The position numbers and the translations under genes are program-made. This document shows positions 28,029 to 38,297 of a DNA stretch of 61,870 bases, one piece after another. The DNA is from Candidatus Helarchaeota archaeon (GTDB lineage Archaea > Asgardarchaeota > Lokiarchaeia > Helarchaeales > RDOG01). The stretch covers positions 1 to 61,870 of the forward strand of contig JALGVI010000008.1 of NCBI GenBank assembly GCA_029838215.1, written 5' to 3'. The notes below the pieces were generated by a model. It saw only the letters and a program-made list of their open reading frames with translations. It searched no databases and was not told where the DNA came from. Each line of letters begins with the position of its first letter. Within the stretch, counting starts at the first letter, position 1.

Positions 28029-29426
28029 TTGAAGAACTTGGATTTAGACAAGCCTTCGGGAACTCGAGATTTTCTCCCGAAAGAGATGCGGTTGCGAAGT
28101 TCTATCTTGAAAACGATTCGAGAAAAAATAGAATCAATGGGTTATCAGGAAGTCCAAACACCAACATTTGAATTTTTAAATCTATTTGAAATTCGATCTG
28201 GAGAAAAATTTCGTGATGACGTTTTTGTTTTCCAAGATCCGACTAAATACTTGAAAGATGAAGATAAAGTTGTTGATTACGTCTTACGACCTGAGTTTAC
28301 TGCTCCGATATGTCGTTTATACGTGACGAGTGATTTATGCGTGCAACCCAAGCCCGTGAAAATTTATTATGTCGGATCCTGTTACCGTTATGAAACGCCC
28401 CAGCCCGGACGATATCGCGAGTTTACTCAAGTCGGCGTGGAATTGATTGGTTCTTCTCATCCCGAAGCGGATGTAGAACTCATTCTGGTGGCTGTTGAGG
28501 CATTAGAAGCCTTAGGACTTGATGATCTTTTAGTCCGAATCAATGACTTGAACATATTACGCGGTTTATTGAGCGATTTCAATTATGATTTTGATTTTCA
28601 GAATAGAATCTTCAATGTCATTGATGGTGCATCGAGCGATTTACGGAAATTGGAACTCGGCGTTCCCATAAACAAAGTTCGTGATGAAGTACTTGAAGAA
28701 GTCCGAGAAGAGTTATCAGAGCTGAATCTTGCCACAGACCTGATTTCCATTCTCATGATGTTTTTAGATCTTCAGGGTGACCTTAATGTCATTCTTCCCG
28801 AAATCAAGACTCAGATTAAAAAATATCCCAATGCAATTAAAGCTCTCGAAGAATCCCCGCTTGAGTTTGTCATTAAACGATTAAAGACACAAGACATGAC
28901 GAAATATAAGATCGATCTTGGGATTGCGCGAGGTTTGGATTATTATACGAACATTGTTTTTGAAATTGACCTTCCCATTTTGGGAAATCAAAAACAGGTC
29001 TGTGGTGGCGGGCGATACAACCGATTGATCCAAGAGTTCGGAGGAGAAGATACTCCAGCAACGGGTTTTGCATTTGGTTTTGATCGTCTTGTTCTTGCAT
29101 GGCAAAAGATACATCAAGAAAGTGAAACGAATAATAATGTTGACGTGATGATCGTCCCATATAGTCTTGCAGAACAGGACTGGGCATTTAAAATCTCTAA
29201 ACAATTGCGGCTCAAGGGATTTAAGGTTGAAATCGACTTAATGCGTCGCAAATTCAGGAAGAGCTTGGATCATGCAAATAAAAAACAAATTCCCTTTACG
29301 ATTATTATCGGACCGGATGAAGTCCAAAAGTGCCAGTTGTCTGTAAAAAACATGAAAACTGGAGAGCAAAAGCAATTATCTCTGAATGAAACCGTGCTTG
29401 AGTTGAAAAAGAACCAAATGAAATGA
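28029..29426 (+). CDS. hisS: Histidyl-tRNA synthetase
   Basis: PSGTRDFLP, LRPEFTAP, YRYETPQPGRYREFTQ (motif 2), RGLDYY, GGGRYN, GFAFGFDRL, C-terminal anticodon-binding domain. Confidence 0.93.
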   Translation: MKNLDLDKPSGTRDFLPKEMRLRSSILKTIREKIESMGYQEVQTPTFEFLNLFEIRSGEKFRDDVFVFQDPTKYLKDEDKVVDYVLRPEFTAPICRLYVTSDLCVQPKPVKIYYVGSCYRYETPQPGRYREFTQVGVELIGSSHPEADVELILVAVEALEALGLDDLLVRINDLNILRGLLSDFNYDFDFQNRIFNVIDGASSDLRKLELGVPINKVRDEVLEEVREELSELNLATDLISILMMFLDLQGDLNVILPEIKTQIKKYPNAIKALEESPLEFVIKRLKTQDMTKYKIDLGIARGLDYYTNIVFEIDLPILGNQKQVCGGGRYNRLIQEFGGEDTPATGFAFGFDRLVLAWQKIHQESETNNNVDVMIVPYSLAEQDWAFKISKQLRLKGFKVEIDLMRRKFRKSLDHANKKQIPFTIIIGPDEVQKCQLSVKNMKTGEQKQLSLNETVLELKKNQMK

Positions 29427-29556
29427 ATTTATTATTAAATTCTTTTTATTTATATAAAAAAAGAGGGATTTCTTCAATTTAGATAAAAGTCAAAAAGATT
29501 TATATTTTATCTGAAGCTATTGTTTCATCCTGATATTCAGAAGAGGTCCGATTATT

Positions 29557-30255
29557 ATGGTCGTTGAAATCATAATTTCTGTAGTCATAACGATTTTGAT
29601 GATATACGTTCAAGTTTTGGATTTGTATTTCATTTACTATTTCTTTCGTAAGTACCTTGAGAAGAGAAAAGAAGTACAGGCATACTTTGAACTCGGTTTG
29701 GCATTATTCTTTCTAATGAACATGGTGGGTCTATGGTTTCGACTCATATTTGCGATGATTTTCGTCTCTCTGGCGGCTCAGGGACAATTTGTCTACTCTG
29801 TCATCTCCGTCATATCACTGATCATTCTGATGTTTGTCGTAGAACATCAATTCTGGAAGAAAAAGACGCGATATGTCATAACCATTGTCTATTTAGCATA
29901 TTTGGTCATTGTGACTATCATAGCACTTACCACGCAGTTTCAAATAACTTTCGTTACATCTCCCATAAGTTACATAAATCTCGTTTTAGTTAGTGCTGTT
30001 CCAATTGCATATTTTTACCTTGCAGGTAAAAGCACCGGAGAACTAAGAACCATTGCACTCGCATTCGGAATTGGATTCGCCTTCATATTATTGGGTGGGA
30101 GCATCCAACCTGAAAACGTGATGCAATATTACACTCCTGCGGCACTTCTATATCTAGTAAATCCCATTTCCTATTTCGTAAATTACTTGTTGGCAATCGT
30201 GTGTTTGGCAGTTGGATTCTCAACCGTGCTTGTTGGAATTATCAAGTCCCAATAA
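29557..30255 (+). CDS. Polytopic (~7 TM) membrane protein
   Basis: Hydrophobic throughout; YLAGKSTGELRTIA motif shared with 21182..21991. Confidence 0.65.
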   Translation: MVVEIIISVVITILMIYVQVLDLYFIYYFFRKYLEKRKEVQAYFELGLALFFLMNMVGLWFRLIFAMIFVSLAAQGQFVYSVISVISLIILMFVVEHQFWKKKTRYVITIVYLAYLVIVTIIALTTQFQITFVTSPISYINLVLVSAVPIAYFYLAGKSTGELRTIALAFGIGFAFILLGGSIQPENVMQYYTPAALLYLVNPISYFVNYLLAIVCLAVGFSTVLVGIIKSQ

Positions 30256-30316
30256 TTATCTCTTTTTTTTATAGCTCCCGAGAAAAAAAAATTAAGGAAA
30301 GGGAATTATTCTAGAG

Positions 30317-31117
30317 TCATTTCCCGTTAGTTCTTCGTTCCAGATGGTTCTTTTTAAAGATTATGACAAAAACAAGCGACATGATCCATGCCATGATCAT
30401 GAAATACATTATCCACTCGAATGTTGCCAATGCTCCTAAGAAACCGAGAACTGGTATCAGATACTTGGTCAATGGTGCAAGAATGAAGTTCAACACGACT
30501 GGCATTGCAATTCCATAAAGACCGATAATCTTCGGAAATGGTGTCTCTAGTCCCAATATCAAGATTCCAAATAGAAGAGCATTCAACTCAAAGCCATAAA
30601 AAGCCATTAGTGCTGCAATTACATGGATAAACAGGATACCGTCTTCGCTGAAGATTCCTATGAATAAAAATCCAATGCTTGCAATAAATCCGAACAAGAA
30701 GCCTATGCTAGCTAACTGAATTCTTATTCGATGTGCAAAAATCTTTCGAATCTCCTCCGTTTTTTCAGGAATTGGCGCAAGAATTTTTTCAACGTAAAAT
30801 GCCAAAAGAATCGTTAAAATTCCTCCGATAATGCAGGAGACGTTGAAGAGAAATGGAGCTGGAGTATACAAGTTGCTACCTAGATGGCTGACAAAATGCG
30901 TGACCATTGTATAGATGCCCGCGGTGTAGATTCCCGGAAGAATTATCGGTGCAACTATGGCAACGCACAAAGCCGTTATCAATAATGGCAGATAGACCAC
31001 GATCAATGCAATTATGCTAATTCGTACGGTATTGTATGACGTTAACAACTCGTATATTAATTTGTACAGGTTAATCACGTATATCCGAGTTTGATTTAAA
31101 AAATCCTTTGCGCTCAC
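30317..31117 (-). CDS. DUF998-like membrane protein
   Basis: SHLGS..TPAPFLFN, IGIFSED..IH..AA..AF, FEW motifs. Confidence 0.65.
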   Translation of the reverse strand: MSAKDFLNQTRIYVINLYKLIYELLTSYNTVRISIIALIVVYLPLLITALCVAIVAPIILPGIYTAGIYTMVTHFVSHLGSNLYTPAPFLFNVSCIIGGILTILLAFYVEKILAPIPEKTEEIRKIFAHRIRIQLASIGFLFGFIASIGFLFIGIFSEDGILFIHVIAALMAFYGFELNALLFGILILGLETPFPKIIGLYGIAMPVVLNFILAPLTKYLIPVLGFLGALATFEWIMYFMIMAWIMSLVFVIIFKKNHLERRTNGK

Positions 31118-31123
31118 TCATTC

Positions 31124-31894
31124 TCACCCTTCTTTTTCTCCACGTAATAATATCACTAGAGATACGGGAACAATCCAGCCAATAATCACGAAAAGAAGCA
31201 TCCATTCAAGCAAGTAAGTGTTTATATTTCTCATTCCAAGCATGATCAGGATTGTGAATAGCATGATAAAGAAAGGACCGAAGATACCATAAAGACCAAG
31301 GCTTTTTGGGTAAATTGATTTTGAGAGAACTATCAGGAGACCATAGAAAATCGTGCTGAAAAAGAACCCGCCAAATGCAAGAACGGAAGCAATTCCGTGG
31401 AGAATATCCATTCCACCTGTTAACGGTGCTAAAAGACTCGAAACGTCTTCACTCCACGCGCCCACGAGGATGAGACCGATATTTCCAATAATCGCAAATA
31501 AGTATCCATAACTGGCCAATTGAAATTTTATTCGAGGTGCTAAAATCTTACGCATCTCTTCTTCTGTCGTTGGAATCGGTGCGAGAGTTTTTTCAAGATA
31601 GTGCGTCGTTGGAATTAGAAGTATTCCTGAGATGATGAAGTTAATGTCAAGAAGAAACGGTGCAGGCGTGTGATTAAAAGATCCGAGATCACTAATCCAA
31701 TTCGTGAGAATCGTGTAATGACTGGGGCTAAACGCCGCGACAATCACTGCGATGATCAAGAACGGAAAAAAAACGCACAAAGCCGCATAGAGTGAATATT
31801 TTACGGTTGTATAGTTCGTTATGAAGTCATACGCACTTTTATGTGCCTTGACTAAAACTTCTCGAGTGTCCAATAACCATTCTTCAATTCCCAT
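31124..31894 (-). CDS. DUF998-like membrane protein (tandem paralog)
   Basis: NWISDLGS..TPAPFLL, VGAWSED..LHGIASVLAF, LLEW. Confidence 0.65.
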   Translation of the reverse strand: MGIEEWLLDTREVLVKAHKSAYDFITNYTTVKYSLYAALCVFFPFLIIAVIVAAFSPSHYTILTNWISDLGSFNHTPAPFLLDINFIISGILLIPTTHYLEKTLAPIPTTEEEMRKILAPRIKFQLASYGYLFAIIGNIGLILVGAWSEDVSSLLAPLTGGMDILHGIASVLAFGGFFFSTIFYGLLIVLSKSIYPKSLGLYGIFGPFFIMLFTILIMLGMRNINTYLLEWMLLFVIIGWIVPVSLVILLRGEKEG

Positions 31895-31984
31895 TTTTTC
31901 GCTCTCCTTATAAAAAGCGGTATTTATTTAATAATTCTAGAATTGAAAAATCTTTTTCAGATTTTGAAAAAAAGCAAATTTTAA

Positions 31985-32227
31985 CTATTGTGCCCACACG
32001 TCAAAGAAATGCAGTCTTGTATCCGCTTTTTCAGCTATTTTCACGCTTTCAAGCAGTCGCTGGAGGTTCTCTTTTTCCTCGAGACAAGTTTTTCGTTGTT
32101 CTTCGGATATTTTATCATTCTTTAGTTTTGATTTGATATTATCAATGTCCTGCTCGATTTCCTTGATGAGCTCTTCGATTTTTTTGCCGGGTTTTGGAGA
32201 TCTTCCACAATGCTGGGCAACCATCAT
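31985..32227 (-). CDS. Small coiled-coil hypothetical protein
   Basis: 80 aa, highly charged heptad pattern. Confidence 0.5.
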   Translation of the reverse strand: MMVAQHCGRSPKPGKKIEELIKEIEQDIDNIKSKLKNDKISEEQRKTCLEEKENLQRLLESVKIAEKADTRLHFFDVWAQ

Positions 32228-32293
32228 GCATCACGTTCGATTTTTTTTATAATTCTGTTATTATCAATTGCTTAAAAAACTTGATAATCCTCA

Positions 32294-33127
32294 TCAGGTT
32301 TTCTTTTTCCGTGCTTTAGACATCAAATCATCCAGATACTTACGTTGTTTGGTCCAGTCACACCAAATCGCTTTAGTAGGGCACTTTAGCTCACAAATAT
32401 AACATCGATCGCAGTCCTTTGTCCACGTGGGAAACGGATCTAAGACAATTGAATCAACAGGACAAATTTCAGCACAATAGCCGCATTTCGTGCATTTTTC
32501 TTCTTCAAGATGAAATTCTGGGAACCATTCCTGCATGTATTCGAAAGTCCACATCTTTGCTGATGGATTATCTTTCTCCCAAAATTGTTTTTCGGGCGTG
32601 CTTTGGTTCAAGCATTTTTGGACCATGGTTCTTCCAAATTCATGAGCCTCATTAAGCTCCTGCTCGTCGGGGTGTCCGCGTGAACTGGGCAGCCATCCTC
32701 CCATGTGCCCATACATCTGGTGGACGTCCCATCCAATCCAATCATCCCGACCATCAATGACCTGAAGTCCCTTGTTCTTCAATATGACTTTCATCTGGTG
32801 CAATGTTGAACCGGGATTTCCACCACTGGTGCAAAAGAGAAAACCTTTTAGACCATTCAAAGATGGATATTCTTTTAATTCGAATAAAATATGATATGGA
32901 GGATGGAAGTAATAAACGGGAACCCCCAAGCCGATTAGATCATATTGATGAAAATCCATTTTTTTAATTATACCCAAATCGTCTTTGAATTTTTTCAAGT
33001 GAACCAATTCACACGTGCTACCGGTAGACCTGATTCCTTCAGCTATTTTCTCAGCGATCCTTTTTGTATTTCCTGTAACTACCTGTGAAAAGTATAAAAT
33101 AACGGATTTAATTGACAGGGTGAGCAC
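32294..33127 (-). CDS. Flavodoxin-ferredoxin fusion (EFR1-like)
   Basis: YFSQVTGNTKRIA flavodoxin N-terminus; CTKCGYCAEICP and CDRCYICELKCP 4Fe-4S motifs. Confidence 0.85.
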   Translation of the reverse strand: MLTLSIKSVILYFSQVVTGNTKRIAEKIAEGIRSTGSTCELVHLKKFKDDLGIIKKMDFHQYDLIGLGVPVYYFHPPYHILFELKEYPSLNGLKGFLFCTSGGNPGSTLHQMKVILKNKGLQVIDGRDDWIGWDVHQMYGHMGGWLPSSRGHPDEQELNEAHEFGRTMVQKCLNQSTPEKQFWEKDNPSAKMWTFEYMQEWFPEFHLEEEKCTKCGYCAEICPVDSIVLDPFPTWTKDCDRCYICELKCPTKAIWCDWTKQRKYLDDLMSKARKKKT

Positions 33128-33284
33128 CGTCTTTTTTGCAAAAAGAGGAAAAATTCGTTTATCAATTTTTTTTAAAATTTCTTTCTCGTGCTTTTTAAGG
33201 CACGATGATGTCTTGGCAATGTATTTATAGGAAAGTTCTGGTTGAAGTTAGAATTGAGAAAAATAGAAAGGGAGAAATGGTGCT

Positions 33285-34298
33285 CTAACTAATTTTATCT
33301 TCTGCCAGAACCAAAAGAATATCGTCTTTCTGAATGGTAAGATCGAATTTCGGATTTAAAAGAACGTTTTCTCCTCTTATCATTCCAATTAGGAGACCAT
33401 CATATTTCTCCTTGATCGGGGTGATTGTTTCCCTGAAAGTTTTACCCACATGGTCTTCAATTTCTTCAACGTTATAGATTTCCGTACCTTCAAGTGAGAG
33501 AAGATCGTGGTAAGCCGGATAAATGCTCGGTGCTTGCAAAGTAACACTCAGAAAATTTCCGATTAGTTCGTCCCTGCAGATGATGAGATCACAGTTCACT
33601 CGCTTGAAATGTTGAATATTTTTCTTGTTTTTCACGTCTACGATTGATATACACTCAGGATTTATGTTTTCTATGGATAGAACTGATAATAACGTTGCTC
33701 CATCATCTTTTAGTGAGACCACCGCTCTCGACGCTTTTTTCACTCCTGCGGCTATTAAAGTGTCTCCATCCGTGGGATTGCCTTGAATATAGGCTCCCCA
33801 AGAATCATCCCAATCATCCGGAATTGGATCTTCGTTTAATACTACTACTTTTATGTGTTCTTTTGATAATTGTACAATTAAGGTGCGTGTGATTTCGTTT
33901 AATCCGCAAATTAAAATTATATCATTCATCTTTTTCACCATTTTCAGGTATTTTCTCTTTTTAAAAAGTTTTGATTCTATAATTGAGTCAATAATCGTGG
34001 CCATGGCAAGTGAAACCAGAGCCACACCGAAAAATGCAAGAATCATTGCAAGGATCTTCCCTCCCATGGTACTTGGCGTGATGTCGCCAAATCCAATGGT
34101 AGTAATTGTAATGACAGTCCAGTAAAAGCTATCTAGTAGTTTGGATGGTACAAATACCAACGAATATGGTGGCTCAAGAATGTAAAAGCCAACCGTACCA
34201 ATAAAGATGAAAAGTATCGTCAGGGTAATGGCCATGCCTAAAACAGTCATGGATTTTTTGCGAAGTATCTGAAGGAATCGTTTAAACATGAAGATCAC
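33285..34298 (-). CDS. 2-TM potassium channel with RCK (TrkA-N/C) domain, MthK-like
   Basis: SFYWTVITITTIGFGDITP pore motif; IILICG, IQGNPTD RCK domain. Confidence 0.9.
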   Translation of the reverse strand: MIFMFKRFLQILRKKSMTVLGMAITLTILFIFIGTVGFYILEPPYSLVFVPSKLLDSFYWTVITITTIGFGDITPSTMGGKILAMILAFFGVALVSLAMATIIDSIIESKLFKKRKYLKMVKKMNDIILICGLNEITRTLIVQLSKEHIKVVVLNEDPIPDDWDDSWGAYIQGNPTDGDTLIAAGVKKASRAVVSLKDDGATLLSVLSIENINPECISIVDVKNKKNIQHFKRVNCDLIICRDELIGNFLSVTLQAPSIYPAYHDLLSLEGTEIYNVEEIEDHVGKTFRETITPIKEKYDGLLIGMIRGENVLLNPKFDLTIQKDDILLVLAEDKIS

Positions 34299-34331
34299 GT
34301 CCGGTCACCCAATATTTTTATCTTTTACGAC

Positions 34332-34946
34332 TCATTCATTGATTCTTTTTTTAATTCGAATTGGAAAATCATGTCCAGGAATGATAACATCGGCTCGTTT
34401 CACGATTTTTTTCATTGATTCAAGAGCTTTTTTTCGATCCACGTTAATAAATGGAATTATCCCGTTCAAATAGTTATTTCTGATAGGAATTGCATCCCCT
34501 GAAATGGCAAATACTTGTCTTCTTTTCACGAGTATTGCGATGCTATCCCAAGAATGACCCGGAGTATCAATGATTTCGATATTATCTTCTAGATGGAATG
34601 GGAACTCTTGGATTTTAACATCTGCTTCTTTTTTTTCACCGTGACAATGCATGTAAATGCGAGCCGAAGGAAAAAGTGAATTATTCTCGACGTGATCTTT
34701 GTGACAATGAGTGTTTATGATTATATTGATGTCATCCGGTTTTAGATCGTGTTGCCTCAGGGCATTAATGATGTATTTTTCATCATCTTCTCTAGACGTG
34801 TCGATCAAGATGTTGTTTGCTTCGGTTTGGATTAGCGTGACGGTGGATCGCGCATCTTTTATCATTCCGCTGGGATGAAGGATCAATATTCCCGGACGAA
34901 TAATTTTGAATTTTTTAATCACGTTTCTCTTTTCCATAAATTTCAT
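34332..34946 (-). CDS. Metallo-beta-lactamase fold hydrolase
   Basis: THCHKDH, TPGHS, ISGDA, IIPGHD. Confidence 0.85.
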   Translation of the reverse strand: MKFMEKRNVIKKFKIIRPGILILHPSGMIKDARSTVTLIQTEANNILIDTSREDDEKYIINALRQHDLKPDDINIIINTHCHKDHVENNSLFPSARIYMHCHGEKKEADVKIQEFPFHLEDNIEIIDTPGHSWDSIAILVKRRQVFAISGDAIPIRNNYLNGIIPFINVDRKKALESMKKIVKRADVIIPGHDFPIRIKKRINE

Positions 34947-35471
34947 CGTATAGGATCCGGTTTAATGGAATGCGTTTTGGTGGTCTTGGTTGTTCTGCCG
35001 GTTTTCCGATTGGAATTATTGCCACCGGTCTGATTCCTTGATTCATTGGAATTTCTAGTGCTTCTGCCACGAGATCATCTCGGAATGCGCCTATCCAACA
35101 TGCTCCCAACCCACGTGCTGAAAGTAATAATAAAAGCGTCTGGATGTATGCGGCGGTATCTTGTAGAGCATAAAGATTTGCTCCTCGATCGCCATAAATT
35201 TTTGCGGTTCTTGGCATGTTTGCACAAACCACTAAGACGAATGGTGCTTCTGCTATAAATGTTTGATTAAGTGCGGCTTTTACGAGGGCTTCTTTTCGTT
35301 CTCGTGATTTTATTAAAATTATATCCCAGCTTTGCAAATTTCCTGCACTGGGTGCCCAGCGCGCTTCGTCAAGTAGATTAATAATCGTTTTCTCGTCAAT
35401 ATCTCCACTAAATCTTCTTATGCTTCGTCTTTCTCTTATTATTTTTGCAATATCTTGTTGATAAATTTCAT
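34915..35471 (-). CDS. Nitroreductase family protein (5' end apparently frameshifted or non-AUG start)
   Basis: Main frame extends upstream of the track ORF as IIRERRSIRRF...ARWAPSAGNLQSW, plus GLGACWIG. The SD-preceded ATG at 35471 is in another frame. Confidence 0.8.
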
Positions 35472-35513
35472 TTCACTCCAAGTCTTTAAATTAGGATAAA
35501 AAATGGTCAAATT

Positions 35514-36722
35514 TTAGGAAGCAAATGACCCATTTCCTTGGTATTTCACGAGCAATCCTTCAAACGTGCGTTCCGTGGCGATATTTATCGTGAACAACTG
35601 ATAATCTGCGGAGAATATGTCTTGAAAGTAGTCTGAAAGAGTTTTAATGGCACTAGCAATGAACAAAAATTCGAACCGTCCTTCTTGGTAATCTGTCTTG
35701 TATTTTTCCGCAAGTTCTTTTATCAGGAAGACATTTCTAGTGCTGAAAAGATATGTTATGTTCACTCGAATATCGATGGATGAAATGCTCGGGGGACACT
35801 CGACGTTTATCCGGGCAGGGTCCATGGAAAAAATTTGAACAAACCATTCCTTGATCATGGAAGTGCCGTGACTTATAAAAAAGTTGGCGATATTTTCAGT
35901 AGAAAAGGAATCCTCAAAAATGTTTTGATATTTCTTGATGATTTTTACACGTTTATCGACTTCTTCCAGCGCAATTTTTTGAATGATATCTTCGAAAATG
36001 CCATCCTCAAGTTTAAATTGGGATTTAAATGCAATCTTGCCGAGGAGATTTTCAAATTTTCCCATTTCTTGTTCATGTTCACCGCGCAGTTTCAAGTATT
36101 TGTCGCACAATTTGATTTTCTCGTGGATCCACTCTAAACCCTCTTTATATTTCAATTTTTTAGCCCAAAATTCTGCCTTTTCGAGATACATGCGACCGTC
36201 ATAGTAATCGTCTTCATCCAAATTTACTTGAGCGGCTTCAGCAAGAGAATAGTATTTTTCATATAATTCGTCCCTTGTCATGCTTTCGGCTTGATAGTTC
36301 CAATATTCTTGTTCGGATTGTATGTCCAAGCGTCTTTGATATTCTGAGATTATTTCTTCTTTTGTATTTCCTGAATATGTCGGCTCTATTTTTTTAATTG
36401 CTGAGACTGATTCTTGTACGACCACATCATCCATGTCGTCGAGTGCTCGGATTAGAAATCCGATGCTTTTTTTTGCAGGAGGTCCCAATTTTCCAAGTGA
36501 AGCCGCCACCCATGACCTCACGTTTGGATTTTTATCATTTAGTGCAATGATGAGGTGGTCCACGACGCCCAGTTCTAAGCCATCTTGTCCCGAATTTCCC
36601 AAGAGCATTGCGGCTTTGGTTCTTTTCTTTTCATCTTTGTTTGAAAGATCTTTTATTGCTTTTTTAATTTCTTTTTCCTTCAAATATGGCTCTCTCCACG
36701 ATTGAGCTTGTAAAGCTTCCAA
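35514..36722 (-). CDS. HEAT/PBS-lyase repeat protein
   Basis: LSNKDEKKRTKAAMLLG, LNDKNPNVRSWVAASLGKLG, LDDMDDVVVQESVSAIKKI repeats. Confidence 0.7.
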   Translation of the reverse strand: MEALQAQSWREPYLKEKEIKKAIKDLSNKDEKKRTKAAMLLGNSGQDGLELGVVDHLIIALNDKNPNVRSWVAASLGKLGPPAKKSIGFLIRALDDMDDVVVQESVSAIKKIEPTYSGNTKEEIISEYQRRLDIQSEQEYWNYQAESMTRDELYEKYYSLAEAAQVNLDEDDYYDGRMYLEKAEFWAKKLKYKEGLEWIHEKIKLCDKYLKLRGEHEQEMGKFENLLGKIAFKSQFKLEDGIFEDIIQKIALEEVDKRVKIIKKYQNIFEDSFSTENIANFFISHGTSMIKEWFVQIFSMDPARINVECPPSISSIDIRVNITYLFSTRNVFLIKELAEKYKTDYQEGRFEFLFIASAIKTLSDYFQDIFSADYQLFTINIATERTFEGLLVKYQGNGSFAS

Positions 36723-36824
36723 AAATTACCAGAAACATTCAAATTTTTCTAGAATGGTTTTTCCAAAATAATATGTCAGCCATGGTTTAAAAGAATTTAA
36801 CATGATTTAAAAGATTAAATTCCC

Positions 36825-38297
36825 TTATTTTTTTGTTTGTTCGCCAATAAAGAAATCCCGAATAATTCTTGCTTGATTGTTGCTTATTAAAGGTGTTTCT
36901 TCAAGTTCTTCCAACGATGCGGCTTTTATATTTTGAATGCTTCCGAATTTTTTAAGTAAAGCTTGCTTTCGTTTTTTTCCGATTCCTGGTATTCCATCCA
37001 AAATGCTTTCAAAAGTGCCTTTTCGTCGTAATTTCTTATAATATGAAATGGCAAATCTATGGGCTTCGTCCCTGACTCGTTGAAGTAAAAAAAGTGCTTT
37101 AGAATTCAAGGGTAAAGTCATCGGATCGTTTTTAAAAGGAAAATAAATGAAATCGTGTTCTTTTGCCAATCCACATATTTGGATTTTGTTCAAACCGAGT
37201 TGGTTTAGGACTTCTTTTGCCATATTAACTTGTCCCAGTCCTCCATCAATCAGAATTAAATCGGGTTTCCTCAATTTTTCGGTTAATACTCTCTGGTAGC
37301 GACGCTTTATTAATTCTGCCATCATTGCATAATCATTTGGTCCTTGAGAACGCATTCGATAACGCCTATATTCTTCTTTCATTGGTAAACCATTCTCAAA
37401 AATCACGCACGCTCCCGTTGCAAGACCCGTCTCGCTTCCGCCGATGTCGAAACCCGCGATTCTCATCGGGGTTTTCGGCAATTTTAGAAGCTTTTTAAGT
37501 TCCTTGACACTTTCAGACAGGAAAAATGTCTTCGTTTCAGGAGATAGACGAACATTTTGCACCACGCGTTCCAAAGCCCGTATTTTATCTCTGTATTCGG
37601 CAGCAATTTCGAATTGCAAGTTCTTAGATGCGGCATCCATTTTATCATGGAGGTCTTTAAGTAGTTCTTCTTTTTTCCCTGAGAGAAATAAGATTATATT
37701 TTTAACATTTTCATCATATTCTTCTTTGGAAATCTCACCAATGCAAGGACCCGGGCATTTCTTATACTGAAACCTTGTACAAAATCTATCATTTTCCTTG
37801 ATTGGTCTTTTACAATCTGATGCCGGAAAAACTCTAAGAAGGTAATCAATGCTTCTCTCTAACAATTTCATGTCCATGAATGGTCCAAAATAGACACCTG
37901 GTTCACGGGGCTCATTTTTTGTGAGTCGCATTATTAAAATTCTGGGAAATTTTTCGTTTGTCGTAATGTGGACGTATGGATGGCTCTTGTCATCCTTCAT
38001 TAATGAATTGAATTTTGGCTTGATTTTCTTAATGAGGTTCGTTTCCAGAATGAGTGCTTCAATTTCTGAGTCTGCTTTTTGAATTTCAACATCTCGGATT
38101 TGAGCGACAAGTTGTTTCAATTTTGGATATGATTCGAAATTCAGGTTTGATCTGAAATAGGAACTCACTCTCTTTTTCAAGGAAATTGCCTTTCCAACGT
38201 AGATTATTTCATCTTTCTCATTTTTAAATAGGTAACAACCAGGAGAAAGCGGCAATTTATTGATTTTTTTCATTAACTCTTCATTTTTTACGTTCAA
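36825..38297 (-). CDS. uvrC: Excinuclease ABC subunit C
   Basis: GIY-YIG (PGCYLF..IIYVGKA), UVR domain, RNase H-like domain (YAMM.E...RRY, DLILIDGG, QRVRDEAHRFAI), HhH (IPGIGKKR). Confidence 0.92.
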   Translation of the reverse strand: MNVKNEELMKKINKLPLSPGCYLFKNEKDEIIYVGKAISLKKRVSSYFRSNLNFESYPKLKQLVAQIRDVEIQKADSEIEALILETNLIKKIKPKFNSLMKDDKSHPYVHITTNEKFPRILIMRLTKNEPREPGVYFGPFMDMKLLERSIDYLLRVFPASDCKRPIKENDRFCTRFQYKKCPGPCIGEISKEEYDENVKNIILFLSGKKEELLKDLHDKMDAASKNLQFEIAAEYRDKIRALERVVQNVRLSPETKTFFLSESVKELKKLLKLPKTPMRIAGFDIGGSETGLATGACVIFENGLPMKEEYRRYRMRSQGPNDYAMMAELIKRRYQRVLTEKLRKPDLILIDGGLGQVNMAKEVLNQLGLNKIQICGLAKEHDFIYFPFKNDPMTLPLNSKALFLLQRVRDEAHRFAISYYKKLRRKGTFESILDGIPGIGKKRKQALLKKFGSIQNIKAASLEELEETPLISNNQARIIRDFFIGEQTKK

